A stretch of 64,000 bases of DNA, taken from Bacteroidota bacterium. GTDB taxonomy: Bacteria > Bacteroidota > Bacteroidia > Cytophagales > Cyclobacteriaceae. The first letter of the stretch is position 1, and each line of letters begins with the position of its first letter. Below, one piece after another: positions 1-9,741 of the stretch. The DNA lies in NCBI GenBank assembly GCA_043780615.1, contig JAYWDN010000064.1, forward strand, positions 3,985-67,984. Reading direction: 5' to 3'. Below the pieces are notes generated by a model. That model was not told the origin of the DNA, made no database searches, and worked only from the letters and a program-made list of their open reading frames with translations. A program made the translations under genes and the position numbers.

Positions 1-269
1 TAAAGCAAGTTGATAACATGGTTGTACTCTTCGTGCGACCCTATCCAAAACCAAATTATAGTTGTTTTGGTTTTTATTCCTAGTGCGCGATAGTTTAAAT
101 CAATTCGAACTGAATAGACTGGTTCAGATGAGTGTATCTTCTTAAAATTAAGAGATGGATGCGAAGAATCCAGCTCCCATCGACTATATGCTGTTCTTGC
201 TTTTTGCTGAATGGCGCGAGGCAACAAACTGAATGCTTTACGAAACCGTTCAGTAGTAACAGATTTCAA
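1..269 (-). CDS. RelE/ParE-superfamily type II toxin (89 aa; stop codon cut by window edge)
   Basis: Not in the ORF track. Hand translation from TTG at 269 gives MKSVTTERFRKAFSLLPRAIQQKARTAYSRWELDSSHPSLNFKKIHSSEPVYSVRIDLNYRALGIKTKTTIIWFWIGSHEEYNHVINLL. HPSLxFKK, SVRI-x3-YRA and WFWIGSHxxY motifs are typical of this toxin family. It lies 5 bp downstream of a small antitoxin-like gene. Confidence 0.8.
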   Translation of the reverse strand, partial: MKSVTTERFRKAFSLLPRAIQQKARTAYSRWELDSSHPSLNFKKIHSSEPVYSVRIDLNYRALGIKTKTTIIWFWIGSHEEYNHVINLL

Positions 270-274
270 AACGA

Positions 275-472
275 CTAAAGCTCAAGTGATTTTGTAGCTC
301 CTTTTTTATACTCTACCAATGCTTCCTCAGCTAATTTAGAGAGCTGTGGTTGAGAAAAAGAAAACGACTGATTCCAAGCCAATTCATCCAAAATAATATT
401 GGCTACTGCTTTTTGGTCTTTGCTCGAGAGCTGATCCGCTTTCTTTACAGCATTTTTTAATTCGGAAACCAT
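275..472 (-). CDS. Small antitoxin partner of the toxin at 1-269
   Basis: 65 aa. The C-terminal LSKLAEEALVEYKKGATK resembles antitoxins paired with this toxin type. It precedes the toxin, and a -7-like box (TAATTTCG on the minus strand) lies just upstream. Confidence 0.7.
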   Translation of the reverse strand: MVSELKNAVKKADQLSSKDQKAVANIILDELAWNQSFSFSQPQLSKLAEEALVEYKKGATKSLEL

Positions 473-502
473 AACTCGAAATTACATAAACTTCTTTTCA
501 TC

Positions 503-2548
503 TCACTTCTTCAAAATCTTAAACTCTACTCTTCGGTTTTGTCTTCGGTCTTCTTCGGTAGTACCTTTGGCCACAGGCCTTGTGGCGCCATAGCCTTGCG
601 CGGTGATGCGCCCTTTGTCGATGCCGTGCGCCACTAAATATTGCGATACCGTTTGCGCTCGCTCTTCCGAAAGTTTTTGCAGCACATCGGCACCACCAAA
701 ATTGTCAGTGTGGCCTTCCAACTGAATGTAGATGCCACCATTTTCTTTTAAGATAGTTACGAGGCGATCGAGCTCTGGAAAAGATTCAGGCTTCAACGTA
801 CTTTGGCCAGCAATAAAAAATACGTTGTTCAATTTTATGGTCTCGCCAATTTCGATCGGCACGAGCATCAAATCTTTTTCAATTTCATTGTAATCGCTTG
901 ATGTTTTGAGCTCAAGGCTTTCATGCACCGAATAAAAACCAATGGTGAGCGCGCGCACACCATAATGAGAACCGAACGGAAGAATGATTTGATACGCACC
1001 TGTCTTGGGGTCAGAGCGTGCCTCGCCCACCTCTGTGCCCGTCTCTAAGTTTTCGAAATGGACAAAAGCGGCCAAAGGCAATTTGGTTTTTGAACTCAGC
1101 ACTTTTCCTTTTACCAAAGTTACGGCTTGCGGCCTTACCTCATCGTGCAATTTGATCCGAAAAATATCGGCTTTGCCAAAGCCCCTGTCGTAGCTCACAA
1201 AGTAGGCGTAGTCGCCTGCGGCCGGCACGGTGTAGTAAGCATCGAAGTAAGGTGAGTTGATGCCTGCGCCAAGGTTCTCGGGCTTCGACCAATCGGCCCA
1301 ACTTTCAGATTGCCGTCTAACCACAAAAATATCTTGGTCGCCATAGCCCGGCCTGCCGTTGGTAGAAAAATAAAGTGTCTTGCCATCGGCCGAAAGAAAG
1401 GGAGAGGTTTCTTCTCCGGCTGTGTTGATTTTCTTTCCGAGATTGATCGGTGCCGACCATTTGTTTTTTTCTTTCACGCATACATACAAGTCGCCATCGT
1501 CTTCTTTTTTCGGATCGTAAAAAATATTTTCTTTCAGCTTGGCGCTAAAGATCACGGCTTTGCCATCGGCTGTGAGGCTCGCCACAAAATGATCCAATTC
1601 ATTTTTGAAAGTAAGGCCGAGTTTTTCCATGGCCGACCAGCCCGTTTCGTTGCGGTGGCGCATCACCAATTGGTTCTCTTCGTCAAACATCAGCGAGTTG
1701 TTGTCGGCACTTACGGCCAACAGGTTGTCGGTTTGTGTCGTGTTCACTGCGCGCCCCATATTTTTTGCTTTGCTCCACCTTCCATCTTGCCATTCGCTCA
1801 TCCACACATCTTCGTCATCGTTTTTGCCACCAATATTTTCGGGCACATTTTGCCGTGCAAACAAAATCACTTTTCCATCGGCAGAGATCACGGGGCCAAG
1901 TTCATCTTCGGCCGTGTTGATGGCAGGGCCAATGTTTTCTTTTTTGAAAGGTGATGTTTGGCCAGAGGGAAGTTCAATAACTTGGTTTTGAGAAAAAATA
2001 AAATTGTCAATGACTAATCGCATTTGCGTGAACGCTGTGAAGCCTATCGAATATCCATAGATGGGAAACGGTTTGTGCTCTTCGATCCTCACTCCGTTGA
2101 TAAAAAAATTCACCTTGCCGCCCACCGATTCTATTTTCAATTGATTGGGGTTGCCCATCGGCTTGATGGCATCCGAATGTTTTCCTTTTTTTAATTTGGA
2201 AAGATCGCCACTGTACACCACGTAGTCGCCTGCCGAAGAGATTAAAAAAATATTGAAATCGTTTTTGCTGGAGCCCCACATCAATCCAAAACTGTTGTCG
2301 TCAAGGCCATTTTGTTGAACGAAGTCTGCCGAGATAATAAAATCTTGTTGGGGATCAATAAAAAAATTGATGAGCGATTGGTCCCCGTCTTCAGTAGCGT
2401 TGATCGCGTATGTGCCGTTGGCGATCGACTTGGTTTTATCTTCGTCCCAACCAAATTTGTTGGATGAGAAATCGTCTTTGATAAGAGTGGTTTGCGCAAA
2501 CAATGTGGAGCTTGTTGCAATCAACCCGATGAGCAGAATGTTTTTCAT
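503..2548 (-). CDS. OmpA-family peptidoglycan-binding protein with PD40 beta-propeller repeats (PorE-like architecture)
   Basis: Signal peptide, PD40 repeats (GPVISADG, SPFLSADGKTLYFS), carboxypeptidase-regulatory-like segment, and a C-terminal OmpA domain (LEGHTDN...LSEERA...NRRVEF). Confidence 0.9.
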   Translation of the reverse strand: MKNILLIGLIATSSTLFAQTTLIKDDFSSNKFGWDEDKTKSIANGTYAINATEDGDQSLINFFIDPQQDFIISADFVQQNGLDDNSFGLMWGSSKNDFNIFLISSAGDYVVYSGDLSKLKKGKHSDAIKPMGNPNQLKIESVGGKVNFFINGVRIEEHKPFPIYGYSIGFTAFTQMRLVIDNFIFSQNQVIELPSGQTSPFKKENIGPAINTAEDELGPVISADGKVILFARQNVPENIGGKNDDEDVWMSEWQDGRWSKAKNMGRAVNTTQTDNLLAVSADNNSLMFDEENQLVMRHRNETGWSAMEKLGLTFKNELDHFVASLTADGKAVIFSAKLKENIFYDPKKEDDGDLYVCVKEKNKWSAPINLGKKINTAGEETSPFLSADGKTLYFSTNGRPGYGDQDIFVVRRQSESWADWSKPENLGAGINSPYFDAYYTVPAAGDYAYFVSYDRGFGKADIFRIKLHDEVRPQAVTLVKGKVLSSKTKLPLAAFVHFENLETGTEVGEARSDPKTGAYQIILPFGSHYGVRALTIGFYSVHESLELKTSSDYNEIEKDLMLVPIEIGETIKLNNVFFIAGQSTLKPESFPELDRLVTILKENGGIYIQLEGHTDNFGGADVLQKLSEERAQTVSQYLVAHGIDKGRITAQGYGATRPVAKGTTEEDRRQNRRVEFKILKK

Positions 2549-2588
2549 AAAAGCGAAAGGAGTTATTAACTAAAAATACAATTTCATT

Positions 2589-3374
2589 TTAAAGACTGCC
2601 CGTGCGGCCACCATCCACAGGCAAACTTACGCCATTGATATAGCCTGCAGCAGGCGATGCAAGAAAAGCAACCGCGGCAGCCACTTCGCTGGCCTCGGCC
2701 ATGCGGCCAGCGGGGATCTCGTCAATCATTTCTTGACGGATTTCATCTTCCGTTTTCCCGGATTTTTGCGAGCGTGTTTGTATCAATGATTCTATTCTTC
2801 CGGTTTTTGTGCTGCCCGGCAAAATATTATTTACTGTAATTCCAAAAGGAGCAAGCTCAAGAGAAAGCGTTTTCGACCAACTGGCCATCGCGCCACGAAC
2901 GGTGTTGGATACGCCCAATCCTTTGATCGGAATTTTCACCGAAGTAGAAATAATGTTGACGATCCTTCCGTAATTATTTTTTTTCATTGTGGGCACACAA
3001 GCCTGAACAAGGATATGACTGCAAATCAAATGCGCATGGATGGCGTTCAGAAAGTCTTCCGGCTTTGAATCAATGGCTTGGCCTGCGGGTGGACCTCCGG
3101 TGTTGTTGATGAGAATGTGAATGTCTTTTGCTGAAATCAATTTTTGAACAATATTTTTTACCTGATCAGGGAAATTAAAATCAGCCGTGATGAAATTATG
3201 CTTTTGTCCTTGCACAGAAGAAAGTTCGTTCAACGTAGATTTTAATTTGACTTCATCACGAGCGAGCAAAGTAACGCTCGCCCCAAGCGATGCCAACTCA
3301 ATAGCCGTGGCTTTGCCAATGCCTTGCGTGCTTCCGCAGACCAAAGCATTTTTCCCGATAAGGTTTAAATCCAT
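2589..3374 (-). CDS. SDR family oxidoreductase
   Basis: GSTQGIG nucleotide-binding motif, NNTGGP, and a C-terminal INGVSLPVDGG. Confidence 0.9.
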   Translation of the reverse strand: MDLNLIGKNALVCGSTQGIGKATAIELASLGASVTLLARDEVKLKSTLNELSSVQGQKHNFITADFNFPDQVKNIVQKLISAKDIHILINNTGGPPAGQAIDSKPEDFLNAIHAHLICSHILVQACVPTMKKNNYGRIVNIISTSVKIPIKGLGVSNTVRGAMASWSKTLSLELAPFGITVNNILPGSTKTGRIESLIQTRSQKSGKTEDEIRQEMIDEIPAGRMAEASEVAAAVAFLASPAAGYINGVSLPVDGGRTGSL

Positions 3375-3413
3375 AAAATGATTTTCTGTAAAGATAAAAG
3401 ACCAGTCGATTAA

Positions 3414-4784
3414 CTAAAGAAGTTGCGAAGAAGGTGTCAAGACACCTTTGTTGATTTTCTCTTTCCATCTTCCCGACTTCATATACCAAAACGACATCGA
3501 AAACATGCCCGCCCAATAGACGAGCTCACTGGCCCAGCCCCAGGTGATGGACAAGTTCCATGTTTCAAGTACAAGATAAACGTAAACGCTGTAAACAATA
3601 ATCGTGATCGACTCGATCATCAGGTTCACTATGGTATTGCCCGTGCCGGTAACGGCATTGAGCCACACGGCCGAGAATGACATCATCAACAGTGCGATGG
3701 AGACAATGCGGATAACAGGAATTGCTTCCACAATAAAAGATTCATCTTGGCCATAAAACGAAAGAAAAATTTCTGGGCCAAGATTTAGTAAAACAGTGAG
3801 TATGACAGAGCAACTTAAACTTAGGATGACAATGCGCCTGACCAACGGCAAAACTTCTTCTTGTTTTTGCTGACCGATTACGTTGCTCACCATCGTGTTT
3901 GCGGTGGCGGCAAACGCCCAGGCGAAAACGCCAAAAATCCCGAAAATATTTCGCATGGTGTTGGAGATGGCCAGCGCACGGTCGCCATGATGTTCGATCA
4001 AAATGTAAAAATATTCCCACGTGATGATGCTGATGGCGTATTGCAAAATCAGGGGAGAAGATTTGTATAGGACATGCCGGATGGTTTCAAAATTGATCTT
4101 CCAATTTTCAAACAATGAAAAAGCGCGGTTGATGCCTTTGAAATGAATGACGATAAAAATCACCAGCAGGCCTGACCCTTCGGCAATAATGGATGCGTAG
4201 GCAGCTCCATTGAATCCAATCTTAGGAAACCCAAAGTGACCGTAGATCAATGCATAGTCAAAAAATATGTTGACAACCGTTTCCGCCAACGTGCCCCAAA
4301 TCAAAAGTTTGGTTTGATTCGTTCCCACCAGCAGCGCATTAAGCATTACATACAAATAAAGGAACGGTAAGCCCCAGATTCGGATAAGGGAAAAACTTAT
4401 TACTTGATCATAAATAACCGTGTTGTGAATTGTGGCTCTTAAAATAATTGGCGCCATGGTGTACGTGAGCAGAATGCCAACCAATGCAATGACAACAGAA
4501 ATCCACACGCCATGAAAAAACAGGTGGCCGATTTCTTTGGGATTGTTTTCACCTGCCTTTCTGGCGATCAACGACTGTAAGCCGTTGTTGAGGCCGTTGC
4601 CGATCACTGCGAAGATCAGATAATAAACTCCAGTGATGCCCGCTGCGGCAAGGGATTGCTCGCCAAGCCCACCCAAAAAAATATTGTTGGTGATAAAATT
4701 GATCTGCGGAACTAAGATGGCCAGCGAGATGGGCAGGGCCATGCCAAGGATTTGTTTGTAGCCAGTCTGTAGTCGTAAATCCAT
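3414..4784 (-). CDS. MATE family efflux transporter
   Basis: About 12 hydrophobic segments with MATE motifs (NIFFDYALIYGHFGFPKIGFNGAAYAS). Confidence 0.9.
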   Translation of the reverse strand: MDLRLQTGYKQILGMALPISLAILVPQINFITNNIFLGGLGEQSLAAAGITGVYYLIFAVIGNGLNNGLQSLIARKAGENNPKEIGHLFFHGVWISVVIALVGILLTYTMAPIILRATIHNTVIYDQVISFSLIRIWGLPFLYLYVMLNALLVGTNQTKLLIWGTLAETVVNIFFDYALIYGHFGFPKIGFNGAAYASIIAEGSGLLVIFIVIHFKGINRAFSLFENWKINFETIRHVLYKSSPLILQYAISIITWEYFYILIEHHGDRALAISNTMRNIFGIFGVFAWAFAATANTMVSNVIGQQKQEEVLPLVRRIVILSLSCSVILTVLLNLGPEIFLSFYGQDESFIVEAIPVIRIVSIALLMMSFSAVWLNAVTGTGNTIVNLMIESITIIVYSVYVYLVLETWNLSITWGWASELVYWAGMFSMSFWYMKSGRWKEKINKGVLTPSSQLL

Positions 4785-4868
4785 AAATACTCACTTCAAA
4801 AGTGGAACAAAAAATAGAGGGGAATGAGTGCGGTGCGCGTAGGGGGTTAGCGGAACATTGAAACAGCA

Positions 4869-5516
4869 TCATGCTTTTAAGGATAAAAATATCTTGGAAG
4901 GCTTTAGGGTTGCCTCTTGAATGCGCTTTTTGATTTGGGCCAAGGAAATGGGGTTGATCAATTTGGGCGGGTCAATGTTTTCGTCTATCTCATCAAAAAA
5001 ATTCAAGGCCTTCATCGCAATCATAGGGTTACTGAAACTATATTTTCGGGTAAAGAATTCGAGCATTTGCGCCATGCTGAAGTGCTGCAATAAATAATGC
5101 ACGTCAATAAAATCTTTCAGTCGCTTGCCGCTTTGCACAATGGCATGAAACTTCATGGCCGCAATATCTTCCTTGCTCAAAAACGTAATGCCTTCTTCGG
5201 TAATGGGCGGGAGAATAAGTGGATAGCTATGTTTTATGAAACCCGTTTTGATATTGTTGATTAATGAGATGATCGTATTTTTTCTGCGAAAAATTTCCTT
5301 TACTTCATATTTTGGGTTTAAAAGATTTAAAACAAAATCTTCTTCAAAATCGCTTTGCGTAAATAAGTCAATGTCTATAGAATTGCGATGGCCTAACTGT
5401 AATGCCAAGGCCGTTCCTCCAACTAAATAAAAACCCTTCAATTCGGGTAGCTGTTGAAGCTCTTGAATTAGCCTGAATGTTTTGGGTGAAATAATGACGG
5501 GTGCCTTATGCAGCAT
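4869..5516 (-). CDS. AbiEii/AbiGii-type nucleotidyltransferase toxin (type IV TA)
   Basis: LVGGTALALQLGHRNSIDIDLF nucleotidyltransferase motif and K..A...R...KDFIDV motif. Overlaps the upstream small gene by 11 bp. Confidence 0.85.
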   Translation of the reverse strand: MLHKAPVIISPKTFRLIQELQQLPELKGFYLVGGTALALQLGHRNSIDIDLFTQSDFEEDFVLNLLNPKYEVKEIFRRKNTIISLINNIKTGFIKHSYPLILPPITEEGITFLSKEDIAAMKFHAIVQSGKRLKDFIDVHYLLQHFSMAQMLEFFTRKYSFSNPMIAMKALNFFDEIDENIDPPKLINPISLAQIKKRIQEATLKPSKIFLSLKA

Positions 5517-5766
5517 GAAGAAATTCGGAGGCTAAAAAGAATTTAGAAAAATCTTTGTCTCGTTGATCCAGTTGCGCACTCCAGGAAATTGTTTCCAAAA
5601 TTTGCTCTTGTTTATAGAACTTGACCATGTTGCGCCACTCTTCCAGGTTGCCCAATTGCAAAACCCGCTCGATCACAATTTTGTACGATTTCTCATAATT
5701 GAAGGTGTCCACATCATACTCCCAGAGCAGGGCGGTGTTGATGATATGCGGCTTGGTCTTTAGCAT
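5506..5766 (-). CDS. Small putative antitoxin (DUF6922-like) partner of AbiEii
   Basis: LLWEYD...VIERVLQLGNLEEWR motif, which I recall in partners of AbiEii toxins. Translationally coupled to the toxin. Confidence 0.7.
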   Translation of the reverse strand: MLKTKPHIINTALLWEYDVDTFNYEKSYKIVIERVLQLGNLEEWRNMVKFYKQEQILETISWSAQLDQRDKDFSKFFLASEFLHAA

Positions 5767-5928
5767 AGTTTCTCCCCTTAAATTTACAATATTATGGGCT
5801 GATAAACTACCAAAAAAGTGTACAAGATATACGCGGTCTCGAAAACTATTGTGAATTTAAAAACAAGAATGAAAGTCGCATGGTGTTGTTTGCGCCATGG
5901 AAAAGCGATCCGGCAACTAAGAACTTAT

Positions 5929-5960
5929 AAAAAAAAGAAGGCTCTCGAAAGAGAGCCTTC
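5929..5960 (-). terminator. Intrinsic terminator after katA
   Basis: Minus strand GAAGGCTCTC-TTTC-GAGAGCCTTC followed by a T run. Confidence 0.85.
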
Positions 5961-5984
5961 AATTGACTAAAAATATTATTTAAA

Positions 5985-7505
5985 TCAAGCATTGGTTGCT
6001 TCGTGCTTCATTTCTTTCATCACAGCATCCACATTCACACCAAGGCCTTTGGCAATTGCCGTTCCGAGATTAACATCGGCACGGAAGAAGTGGCAAAGCT
6101 GACGGTTGACGATCAGGTCTTTCTTCGGGCCAGAGATTCCGCTCATCGCACCGATGATGTTGCTGATGGTATTTTTCTTGTGCTCATCATTCATCACATC
6201 GCGGAAAAGATTTCCCGGCTGTGTGTAATGATCGTTTTCACCTTCGGCATTGCGTTCGTACCAATCGGCAATGGTACTTTCTAATTGCCACGCTGGTTCT
6301 TTATAAGAAGAGTCTGCAAAAATTCCATCGAAACTATTGGGCCAATAATTGGGAGCACTTCCTCCGTTGCCATTCACTGCCATCGCACCATCGCGCTGAT
6401 AATTGCTCACCAAGTACGGGCAGCGATTTACAGGAATCTGTTCATAGTTTCCACCTAACCGGTGACGATGCGCGTCTGAGTAAGAAAGCAAACGGCCTTG
6501 CAACATTTTATCGGGCGAATAGCCAATGCCATCAACGATATGAGCGGGAGCAAATGCTGATTGTTCTACTTCCGCAAAATAGTTTTTAGGATTCTCATTC
6601 AGTTCAAGAGTGCCTACATCAATCAACGGAAAATCTTTGTGCGGCCAGATTTTGGTAAGGTCGAAAGGATTCCATTTATATTTCTTGGCTTGCTCGTCTG
6701 TCATCACTTGAATCTTTAAAGCCCACTGTGGAAAATGGCCGTTGTCAATGGCTTCCACTAAATCGCGCTGCGAGAAATCAGGGTCTTTGCCTTTCATTTC
6801 TCCAGCTTCATCGTTCTTAAAATTTTTAATCCCTTGTTTTGTTTTGAAATGAAATTTCACCCACACGCGTTCATTTTTCGCATTGATCATAGAGAACGTG
6901 TGGCTTCCATAACCATTCATAAAGCGATAACCAAGAGGTGTTCCCCGGTCGCTCATTAAGATCATCACCTGATGCAAGCTTTCGGGGTTGAGGCTCCAAT
7001 AATCCCACATCATGGTTGGGCTTTTGCAGTTGGTGTAAGGATCGCGTTTTTGTGTGTGGATAAAGTCGCCAAACTTTTTTGGATCCTTGATAAAGAAAAC
7101 TGGTGTGTTATTTCCTACCAGATCCCAGTTGCCATCCTCGGTATAAAATTTCAGCGCAAAGCCACGTGGGTCGCGCTCGGTATCGGCACTTCCTTTTTCG
7201 CCACCCACGGTGGAGAAGCGCAAGAATGTTTTTGTTTGTTTCCCGATTTTGCCGAACACTTTGGCTTTGGTGTATTTGCTGATGTCGTGCGTGACGGTGA
7301 ATGTTCCGTAGGCAGCAGAGCCTTTGGCGTGCACTACTCTTTCCGGGATGCGCTCGCGGTTGAAGTGCGCCATTTTCTCGTGAAGGATGTAGTCTTGCAA
7401 TAAAAGCGGGCCACGTGGGCCTACGCTTTGCGTGTTTTCATTTTCAACATACGGCCGGCCGGAGGCGGTAGTCAGTTTTTCGTTTTTCTCTTTTCCGTTG
7501 TTCAT
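5985..7505 (-). CDS. katA: Monofunctional heme catalase
   Basis: FNRERIPERVVHAKG proximal motif and RLLSYSDAHR heme-ligand motif. Start placed at ATG 7505 (MNNGKEK) because the 7634 start overlaps oxyR. Confidence 0.95.
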   Translation of the reverse strand: MNNGKEKNEKLTTASGRPYVENENTQSVGPRGPLLLQDYILHEKMAHFNRERIPERVVHAKGSAAYGTFTVTHDISKYTKAKVFGKIGKQTKTFLRFSTVGGEKGSADTERDPRGFALKFYTEDGNWDLVGNNTPVFFIKDPKKFGDFIHTQKRDPYTNCKSPTMMWDYWSLNPESLHQVMILMSDRGTPLGYRFMNGYGSHTFSMINAKNERVWVKFHFKTKQGIKNFKNDEAGEMKGKDPDFSQRDLVEAIDNGHFPQWALKIQVMTDEQAKKYKWNPFDLTKIWPHKDFPLIDVGTLELNENPKNYFAEVEQSAFAPAHIVDGIGYSPDKMLQGRLLSYSDAHRHRLGGNYEQIPVNRCPYLVSNYQRDGAMAVNGNGGSAPNYWPNSFDGIFADSSYKEPAWQLESTIADWYERNAEGENDHYTQPGNLFRDVMNDEHKKNTISNIIGAMSGISGPKKDLIVNRQLCHFFRADVNLGTAIAKGLGVNVDAVMKEMKHEATNA

Positions 7506-7559
7506 GGCGTTGGATTTTGATTGGAGATCAATAGTACGCATTGCCCATTCATCAATCAA

Positions 7560-7595
7560 ACTGATATTTTCTATCTTGCAATAGATTTTATCTAT
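7560..7595. promoter_or_regulatory. Candidate OxyR binding site between katA and oxyR
   Basis: Perfect ATAG-N7-CTAT at 7581-7595, plus a degenerate half-site ending in CTAT at 7571-7574. Matches the established OxyR motif. Confidence 0.6.
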
Positions 7596-8532
7596 GAACT
7601 TACAACAGCTTGAATACATCGTAGCCGTGGACACCTGGCGTCACTTTTCCGCTGCAGCAGAGAAATGTCACGTTACGCAGCCCACGCTGAGTATGATGAT
7701 CCAACGACTGGAGCAAGAATTGGATATCAAAATCTTTGACCGCAGCAAGCAGCCGGTGATCACCACTGCCATCGGCAGTAAAATTGTTGAACAAGCACGC
7801 ACAATCTTGAGCGAGACAAAGCAACTAAAAAAGATGGTGGCTGAACAAAAAGGAGAAGCACAGGGCGATTTGCACATTGGCATCATTCCAACAGTTGCAC
7901 CGTATCTTTTGCCACTATTTCTTAATGGGTTCTTAAAAAAATACCCGAATATCAAACTAAAGATTTCAGAATTCACAACGGATCAGATCATCACGCAACT
8001 AGAAAAGCAACATCTTGATGCCGGCATTTTGGCAACTCCTTTAAAAATGGCCTCGGTAAAAGTACAGCCATTGTTTTACGAACAATTTGTGGTCTATGCT
8101 TCGCCCGATGAAAAAATGATGAAGAAAAAATATTTGCTGGCGGATGACATTGATGTAAATCATTTGTGGTTGTTGGAAGAAGGTCATTGCCTGCGATCAC
8201 AAATTGTAAACCTTTGCAAACTCAAACGAAAGGAATCGTTGATGCAAAACCTCGACTATCAAGCGGGAAGTATTGAAACACTAAAAAAGATGGTGGACAT
8301 GAATAACGGCATCACCATTTTGCCCGAACTGGCTTTGCGCGATTTAACCAAAAAGCAACAAAAAAATATCCGATATTTCCGGTCGCCAGCCCCGGTGCGC
8401 GAGGTCAGTATTGTTACCTATCGTTATTTTATAAAATACAATTTGATCGAGATGCTGAAAAAAGAAATTTTAGCAAGCTTGCCCACGGGAATGAAAGAAG
8501 CCGGAAAAAATCAAATCACTCAAATCGATTAA
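7594..8532 (+). CDS. oxyR: LysR-family peroxide sensor OxyR
   Basis: LysR HTH (FSAAAEKCHVTQPTLS) and the redox Cys pair LLEEGHCLRSQIVNLC. Divergent from catalase. Confidence 0.93.
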   Translation: MNLQQLEYIVAVDTWRHFSAAAEKCHVTQPTLSMMIQRLEQELDIKIFDRSKQPVITTAIGSKIVEQARTILSETKQLKKMVAEQKGEAQGDLHIGIIPTVAPYLLPLFLNGFLKKYPNIKLKISEFTTDQIITQLEKQHLDAGILATPLKMASVKVQPLFYEQFVVYASPDEKMMKKKYLLADDIDVNHLWLLEEGHCLRSQIVNLCKLKRKESLMQNLDYQAGSIETLKKMVDMNNGITILPELALRDLTKKQQKNIRYFRSPAPVREVSIVTYRYFIKYNLIEMLKKEILASLPTGMKEAGKNQITQID

Positions 8533-8542
8533 TAAATTTCTC

Positions 8543-9718
8543 ATGGATATTTTTAATACCCCAGCCCGCATCATCATCACTTGCAACAAGCGCCTTTCTT
8601 CGTATTTGGAAAAGGAAGTAACCGAACTTGGATTTATAGTCAAAGACACATTTGTGACCGGAGTGGAATTGAACGGCACAGTCAACGATTGTATTTTGTT
8701 GAACCTTAATTTGCGCTGTGCCAGTCAAGTGTTGTACTCATTGACTTCGTTCAAATGCGATGGCCCTGTAGAACTGTACGATCAACTATTGGCCTACGAA
8801 TGGGAAAAAATCATTTCTGCTGACGGCTATTTTTCGGTAACGAGTCATGCCGAACACTTTACCGTCAACAATGAAATGTTTGTGAATGTAAAAGTGAAAG
8901 ATGCGATCGTTGATCGGATGCGCAGGGAGTCAAGCGGCCGCCCCGATTCGGGTTCGGATACGAGCAAAGCGGTGTTCCATTTATATTGGAAAGATGAACG
9001 TGCGGAAATATTTCTTGACACCTCAGGCGAAACCTTGGCCAAACACGGCTACCGAAAAATCCCGGGCCGCGCACCGATGCTCGAAGCCTTGACAAGCGCC
9101 ACACTTTTGGCCACGAAGTGGGATCGGCAGTCGCCATTTGTAAACCCAATGTGCGGCTCATCGACCGTTGCCATTGAAGCCGTGATGCTTGCCACCAATA
9201 GAAGGCCAGGGCTGTGCCGAAAGAATTATTCGTTCATGCATGTGCTGGGCTTCGATGAAAAATTCTATCAAATCGAGAATGAAAAATTAAGGAAGCAAAT
9301 TATTGATGTGCCCGGTTTAAAAATTATCGCTACTGACATCAACCAAGACGCCATTGATATTTCTAAAATAAATGCAGGCGTTGCAGGCGTTGAATCGCTG
9401 ATCGATTTTCAAGTTTGTGATTTTGAAGCGACCGAAATCCCTTCTCCTCCCGGAGTGGTTTTTCTTAATCCCGAATATGGAGAACGCATGGGTGAAGTTT
9501 CTGAGTTGGAAACGACCTATGCGCGCATCGGAGATTTTTTGAAAAAGAAATGCCAAGGCTACACCGGCTATATTTTCACAGGCAACCTTGATCTGGCCAA
9601 AAAAGTAGGCTTGAAAGCAAGCCGGAGAATAGAATTTTATTCCGCCAAGCTTGATTGCAGGTTGTTGGAATACGAACTCTACTCTGGAAGCCGCAGAGAA
9701 CCTAAGCCGATAGCTTAA
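8543..9718 (+). CDS. THUMP-domain class I SAM-dependent RNA methyltransferase (RlmL-like)
   Basis: N-terminal THUMP-like region, GYRK...APMLEALT, NPMCGS and NPEYGER motifs. Confidence 0.88.
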   Translation: MDIFNTPARIIITCNKRLSSYLEKEVTELGFIVKDTFVTGVELNGTVNDCILLNLNLRCASQVLYSLTSFKCDGPVELYDQLLAYEWEKIISADGYFSVTSHAEHFTVNNEMFVNVKVKDAIVDRMRRESSGRPDSGSDTSKAVFHLYWKDERAEIFLDTSGETLAKHGYRKIPGRAPMLEALTSATLLATKWDRQSPFVNPMCGSSTVAIEAVMLATNRRPGLCRKNYSFMHVLGFDEKFYQIENEKLRKQIIDVPGLKIIATDINQDAIDISKINAGVAGVESLIDFQVCDFEATEIPSPPGVVFLNPEYGERMGEVSELETTYARIGDFLKKKCQGYTGYIFTGNLDLAKKVGLKASRRIEFYSAKLDCRLLEYELYSGSRREPKPIA

Positions 9719-9741
9719 CAATAAAATAATCTCAAAGATAG

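Noticed and set aside
7506-7634. N-terminal extension of catalase in the ORF track (549 aa)
   Set aside because: It overlaps oxyR on the other strand and the OxyR box. Catalase homology begins near MNNG...KLTTASG, so ATG 7505 is preferred.
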